Shown here: one piece after another, positions 57,661 to 64,000 of the stretch
How the letters are laid out: every line of letters begins with the position of its first letter
Position numbering within the stretch: position 1 is the first letter of the stretch
NCBI RefSeq assembly: GCF_004010195.1
Contig: NC_057744.1
Span: 35,782,710-35,846,709 of the forward strand
Source of the DNA: Chiloscyllium plagiosum
Lineage: Eukaryota
Direction of reading: 5' to 3'
DNA: 64,000 nucleotides
The notes under the pieces: generated by a model
Database searches by the model: none
What the model saw: only the letters and a program-made list of their open reading frames with translations
What the model was told of the DNA's origin: nothing
Made by a program: the position numbers and the translations under genes

Positions 57661-60600
57661 ATGTTGTATTGTCTCGTCTGCATTAGTTATCAAGCACCTT
57701 TCTACGTTAGTCCCAGCTCCCAGCACTTGGTCTGTACTCTTGTCTGTTATGGTGTTTGAAGTGATTATCTGGATACTTCTTAAAACTCTAGAGAAAATGT
57801 ACAAAGAGGACAGGTGGTTGATGCCTAATATTCCCCATTCTTTCATTTCCTGCTCCAATCCCTTATCTTGAAATTCCATCTCAGACAGTGGTTTAATGGC
57901 TTGTGGCAGGATAAGGAGCACAAGGAGAGGATAAGGAGAATATGGGGTAAGGGGTGTATGGGAGGGGGTGAGGAGAGTCTGGAAAGGGATGAGGAGTATG
58001 CAGGAAGGATTAAGGAACATGCAGAAAAGGGATAAAGATTGTGGGAAGGGGTTGGGAATAGGCAGAAGGGCTATAGGGAATGCATGGGGGGGGTTGGTTA
58101 AGAGTGTTTGGGAGGGGCAAAGGAGCACGGGAGAGGAGTAAGGAGCATGGTAAACTCAAACCCAATGGTAAAAGTGTGAGCTGGTGTGGAGTGGCAGCAG
58201 GTTTGGGATTAGAGGGCTCAGAGTACATGCATGGTGTGGGTAGTTCTGAAATGCATAGTGATGTGAGAGCAAAGGGGAGAGGTAGCCTGTGGAGGAATGA
58301 GGAGAATGTGTCAGAGGCTTGTGTGATCCGCAGCATTGCTCTCAGAAGCCGATAGTGAAATTATCTCTGAGGCGCATGGTTGGGTCCAGTCTGTGGACTT
58401 TTTACACCCTGGGTTGTTGAGCTGAACACGATGTCACTTAGAGACTGGGGAGACAGTGGGGTTGGTAAATGGGTCGCTCCACTGTGCTGTGCTTTGAGAG
58501 TGATTTAGTGTTGTGAAAAGAACAGCCACAATCACTGAATTTGTGGACAGAAGGAGCAGCAGTCCTTCCTTATGAGTCTTTATTTCTCTCCACAGATGTT
58601 GCCTGAAATGCCAAATTTCTCCAGCACTTTCTCGTTTTGTTTCAGATTGCAAATATTTTTAATTCTTAGTTTTATTTCCTTATGTGTTATTCATTTTAAA
58701 TCTAACCCTAACATGACAGACAAGGCTGAAATATATGCAAGGTTCAGATGTCATGTGTTACAGAGTCATAGAGGACTACAGCACAGAAAATGGATTGTTG
58801 GCCTGTTGAGTCTGCCCAGTCTAAAACAAACACCTAACTCCTCTAACCCCATTTCCAGCGCTTGGTGGATATCTTTCATAGCCTTGGAATCTCATGTCAT
58901 ATCTGAATACTTATTAATAATCGCGGGAGTTTCTGTCTCTGCCATCATGGCAGGCAATGACTTCAAGACAATATACACTCCAGATGTTTCTGTGAGCACA
59001 AATTAATAAAGAATGTTAAAATTATTAATTCTTTTATCTTTTAAAAATGCTAAAAACAGAACTTACTTGCGTTTTAATGTTTTAGCATGAAAACAACAAA
59101 AATCCTGGGATATTCAATTCATTTTCTTTCCCAACTCATTGGTAATCCATAATGTTCAGATTTATTGATGGATGTTTTGCAACAGATGTTATGAAGATTT
59201 CCAAAAGCAGAAGTCAAAATAAAACTGTAAATCTGAACTTCGCACAGAAGGTGTGGAAATCACACAGTAGGCCAGCAGCATCTGGAAAAAGATGGATTAG
59301 CAAAAGGTATAGTCTGGCAAAACCTCATGCAAATTCCAAATTCTGTCCAAAGATACATTCATAAAGTGGAACTTATACTTTCTCTGCCAAGAGGTTGCTA
59401 TTCTCTGATTTATTGTTTCAGACAAAAAAAATACTGCATTCATGATACGTGAATATTGCATCGGTCTGAGGCATTTTTGGATTGAAATTTTCGGTTTTTT
59501 CCAGGGTTGGGGGATTAGGTTATCATTTGGATGAACACTATTCTGGATTTGGAGTTTTGATTTAGATTGTCCTTGAATTTAGCAGATAATTTGATTGACA
59601 CAGTCTGTAAATTGGGGTTATGTTTAATTCAGATTACCTATGAATTTGGGGTATAGAGATTGAGGTAAACTATGACTGGCTTTTTACTCGGATTGAATTG
59701 TGCTGAGTAATGTTTTTATAGATAGCACCAGTTGGGTGTTACACTGATTTTCTGTCTGAATTCGGAGTGGCTCTGTGTTTACCTGTTCTGGTATGTTGCT
59801 TTCCTACAATCCACGTGTTTAAGGGTATCAGTTAGCAGATTTTGATGCCTCTGGCCAGCCCCTGGTGCCTTATTTCCTGTTTCTATTTCCAGCTGCAAGA
59901 CCCTAGCCCATGTAATTTGACCACATCAAGCTGACCATCCGTGACATTTTTTTGCCTTTAGCCTTAGCCACCAGCCAGTGCACAGGAAATGGAACCGGAT
60001 ACATACAGAGGGTGCTCGGGCAAGAGGCACACATCACTTTTACTTCTGACCTGAAGCCAATTCCAGCAGAAATATCAGTCCAGGAATCAATCCCTCTTTG
60101 TCTGTTGTGATCCAGTAGACAGCCTTTCACCCACTTCATAAGTGTTAAAGTAGTTGGACTGAAAGAAAAGGGCAAATGGAGAAAGAGACAGGGCAGGATG
60201 AAATGAAGACAACATAGCTACAAAATAAGAAAGGGACACTGGACATCAAACAGAGAAAGACAGAAATAAGCGGGAAGAAAAATCTGAAATTGGCGAATGA
60301 CAAAAGGAGAGCTTGAGACACCCAAAGAGAATAGGAGTCAATGAACTAAAAAATAGAAAAATATTGAGATTGAAATAGAAGAAATAATGCATAAAGCACA
60401 AGAGAGAGAAAGTAAAATGCAAAGATAGGGAGAGAAAAAACAGAGTAAGACTTCATAATTGTACTTCTTTTCTGAAATATTTTGTCTAATTTAGCCAATC
60501 AGAGGAATAATCCTGATATTCATTTCTTTTATGATATTCACCTTTTACTAGGCATTTCAAATTGTACACTTAATCCTCTTCCCAGGAAATTTAGATTCAA

Positions 60601-61419
60601 TTATATTGCACTACCTATCTTCAGGCGTTGCTGAAAATGCCCAGTTATGCTGTTGAATGTAAATTACACTGCATCTGTCAGGAGAGGCTGATGTGTGGAT
60701 GTAATACTGCTCTCGATCAGCTGTGATTTGTTAAGGGAAGGACAGAAACGAATATACATTTTGTCATAGAATCTAGTATCAACAAGATTCTGCAGGTGCA
60801 CTCAGAGCAATTTACAATCCCACTTCACTCATGATTTAAATTATAAACCATATGCCATCACCTTATGGTGGTGTAAGACTGTCTCCTGAAGAATTCTTAT
60901 GCAATTTGCCATTGTTTAATTCTAAAGCCACATAAGGAACTGATTCCAGAATTTTCAATAATTCTGATATTTTGTGAATCTATTTCAGATTATTGTTAGG
61001 GTAGCAAACATTGGTGCTGTGCTTTATTCCAACGGAGCTCAGAATAAATTGGAGAACTTTTTGCTTGAAATACAATGGAGTTCACTGAAGGCTTTTAAAC
61101 TAATTGCATCCAACTGGATTTTGTAGAACAGTTAAAAATCATTGCTTTCCTACTGAGTGAATCTCTGATTATTCGATTGTGTATTAAAGAGGCCAATAAA
61201 AGTTATTTTCCTAAAGGGTCACCACCTGGAAGAAAGTGTTTGATGTAGGAAAGGGGCCAAATAAAAGTTGGATCCTTTTGTGTTTGAGATTGAAAGTGGC
61301 AGCAGATGTGTGTAACAGCATAACGTAAACCACAAACAGAACCTGCTAAAGATCAGCCTGCAGCTGTAGGGTAAGGTACACTAGGGGTTATGGTCCTGGT
61401 TTAGCAACACAGTCAATGG

Positions 61420-61600
61420 AAAAGTGAATTCAATAAATCTGATAATTTGGGGATTAGTACTGACTACAAAAGCTTCCAAATTTTTGATAAACCCAACTCA
61501 GTTATTAATGATCTTCAGGAAGGATAGAGGCATCTATTTGATCTGGCCTACAGATAACACCAATACCACATTAGATACCACATAAAATGACAAAAGATAT
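61420..61600 (+). mobile_element. Highly diverged DeuSINE-like fragment
   Basis: tgaattcaataaatctg...aacccaactcagttattaatgatcttcaggaagga...tctggcctaca. Confidence 0.5.
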
Positions 61601-61743
61601 TGCTCTAACAATGCCGTCTAATCCCAGAGTCATTATTTAAAATAAAGTTGTAACCTTTGGTCAGAAGTGTAAATCATGATAAACACCAGCAGTGTTTTAC
61701 ATAATTTGGCTTTGCAGTAGATTGCCACAAGAATTAAGTCCCT

Positions 61744-61778
61744 GTGTGTGTGTGTTTATGTTTGTGTGTGTGTGTGTT
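61744..61778. repeat. Interrupted (TG)n microsatellite
   Basis: gtgtgtgtgtgtttatgtttgtgtgtgtgtgtgtt. Confidence 0.85.
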
Positions 61779-63201
61779 AGTTAGTAGGACTTAATCCCTG
61801 CTAGAAACTGTTAAGGCCTTCTAGTTAATTGGGACATTGTTTCCTCACCCAGCTAGTGTATGTCTTGTGGTTGCAACTGAAAGAACTTCTAAAAAAGCTC
61901 ATTAACAGAAATGAGTGCAGTGAGTAGGAACCCATCAATGACCTCAGGCTCCCTGATAAATAGTTTCTGCGGCAATGAATCGCTCCATTTATTCTCACCC
62001 AGCGTGTCCCCTCCCTGCAGCCAACTTTCCACCTGAAAATATTCTTCTTATTTTGTTAAGTAGTCGTCAAGTTGCAAAGCTCCTGAGAATGTTACAGTAA
62101 GATCAGTTTTTATCCACAACAAACTACTCATTCATTGGAGTGAGGAGAAGTAGGTTTCAGTTTTAGGGCAGCCCTGTCATGGTTAAATTGCAAATTGCCT
62201 TGTCATGTTGAAGGAGAAAAAGAAGGTGAATGGGGACAGACCATGACAAAGAGGAAATTTCAAGCACTTCTTTTCCATTCTCGACCAGAAGGCAAAGATG
62301 GCATTTTACCATGTTGGGAATAGTTTTATAAATACCTTAATCCCTCATAGTATTTTCTTAAAAGACCATAATAAATAGAAACATGATAAAGTCCCACAAA
62401 TAACATTTCACATTTCATATGGTACCAGTTTGTGCTAATACCATCCATGACATTAGCAATTTCCTTTGGTCACTGTGTGTTTCCATCTATTTCCTGTATG
62501 TTAGCACCATCGGTAACTTTTTTGAATCACACCTAATCCTTGCATATCAATAAAATTGAAAGATTACACAATTCCTTTGTAAATGCTGTTGTAGAATTAC
62601 AACATTGCAATAGGACCGTCAGTAACATTGTAGAATTGCACTTAATTCAGCAATGTGGCAAGATCCTTCCCATCTAGGTCCTATAATATTTCAGTAATTT
62701 CACAGTATTTCTTTTAATTCTTGTGAATTAATGCCATTGGCAATTTTTCAAGATATCCGTTGGTCCCTGTGTGTCAGTGCCAACTGTAACAGCACTTTTT
62801 CTCCACTATGTTGGAGGTATGGGTAACATTGTAAGTTTCCCTCAGATCCTTGTATATTGGAGCTTGTTCCTCTGTTTGTGTGTGCCTGAGTTACTGGATT
62901 GTCTGTAATCCTGATGTTTTACTGTCATTCGAAACAATGCAGATTCTCTTTACTGCTCCTCCTCTGTGTATAACTGCCTGTTTATGTATGCTAGATTCCC
63001 CTGATTCTTATGTGACTGGAAAGCAAGCAAGGCACAGAACATTCCTGAGGCAGTGATTGGTAGATTCTTGTTAAGTAAGAGATTGAAAGATGATCAGGGG
63101 TTGGTGGGAATGTGCATGAATTCGCAGTCAAATCAGCCATGATCTCATTGATTGGTGGAGCAGGCTCAAAGTGTTTAACTGCATACTGCTCCCAATTCAT
63201 A

Positions 63202-63513
63202 TTAGATTAGATTACTTACAGTGTGGAAACAGGCCATTTGGCCCAACAAGTCCACACCGCCCCGCCGAAGCGCAACCTACCCATACCCCTACATTTACCC
63301 CTTACCTAACACTACGGGCAATTTAGCATGGCCAATTTACCTGACCTGCACATCTTTGGACTGTGGAAGGAAACCAGAGCACCCGGAGGAAACCCACGCT
63401 GACACGGGGAGAACGTGCAAACTCCACACAGTCAGTCGCCTGAGGTGGGAATTGAACCCGGGTCTCAGGCGCTGTGAGGCAGCAGTGCTAACCACTGTGC
63501 CACCATGCCGCCC
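63202..63513 (-). mobile_element. HE1/V-SINE-type SINE, full length
   Basis: Near-identical to 215-523. Confidence 0.92.
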
Positions 63514-63789
63514 ACAATGTTCCATTATATAATAACATTCTGCTCTAATTACAAACTGGAGCAGCATACTAATGTTTTGTGATTCATTCAAGAGAACACC
63601 AGATCTTTCTGTGTATCAGAGCTCTGCAAACTCTCCCTTTGAGATAACATGATTCAATTTTAATCTTCCTGCCAAAAAGCACAATTTTACATTTTCCCAT
63701 GCTATGTTCAATTTATCACGTCTTTGTCCACTCACTTAACCTACCTACATATTTTTGGAGCCTCTTCACAATTTATTTTCCTACCTACA

Positions 63790-63899
63790 ACAAAAACGGA
63801 AAGTGCTGGAGAAACTCAGCAGGTCTGGCCGCATCTGTGGAGAGAGGATCAGAGTTAATGATTAGAGTCCAGTGACCCTTCTTCAGAACTGTTCTGAAG
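63790..63899 (-). mobile_element. Penelope-derived terminal fragment with a mutated hammerhead core
   Basis: Minus strand reads cagtt-CTGAAGA-A-GGGTC-ACTG-GACTC-TAAT-ca-TT-aact. Short palindromic junction cttcagaac-t-gttctgaag. Confidence 0.75.
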
Positions 63900-64000
63900 T
63901 TCTTCAGTTTAAGTGATTGTGATTTTCCTCACCTTCCTGCCATTTCCTGATTTATTGCTGCCATTGGGATCTTACTGCACCTCCTGTGCAATAACACTCA

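Noticed and set aside
20600-64000. ETS1/ETV2 exons, GGAA microsatellites, CRISPR-like arrays or prokaryotic operons
   Set aside because: None seen. The dispersed repeats are not regularly spaced repeat-spacer arrays, and all long ORFs trace to retroelements or low-complexity DNA.

Overview
Vertebrate nuclear DNA, almost certainly from a shark: the repeats are HE1/V-SINE-type, SacSINE1/DeuSINE-type, CR1/HER1-type and Penelope-like. The only host gene I can support is the 5' part of a FLI1-type ETS transcription factor on the minus strand. Its coding exons 1-4 (20249 to 15807, through the PNT/SAM domain) have canonical splice sites and sit in a roughly 15 kb CpG-retaining, transposon-poor domain. 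Later exons were not found and probably lie left of base 1. The other ~45 kb is intron and upstream sequence filled with decayed and often nested retroelements. Points worth a second look: (1) several families of short Penelope-derived insertions, often fold-backs with 11-15 bp target-site duplications, carrying minimal hammerhead ribozyme cores whose stems co-vary; (2) an overlapping upstream ORF arrangement with stops at +15 and +35, matching the translational control described for mammalian Fli-1; (3) a triple ETS-site element in the leader/promoter; (4) unusually short introns 1-3, which raises the question of FLI1 ortholog versus fli1-related paralog. I see no evidence of a wholly new protein-coding system. 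Repeat family names and comparisons with mammals come from recalled consensus features, not from database searches.
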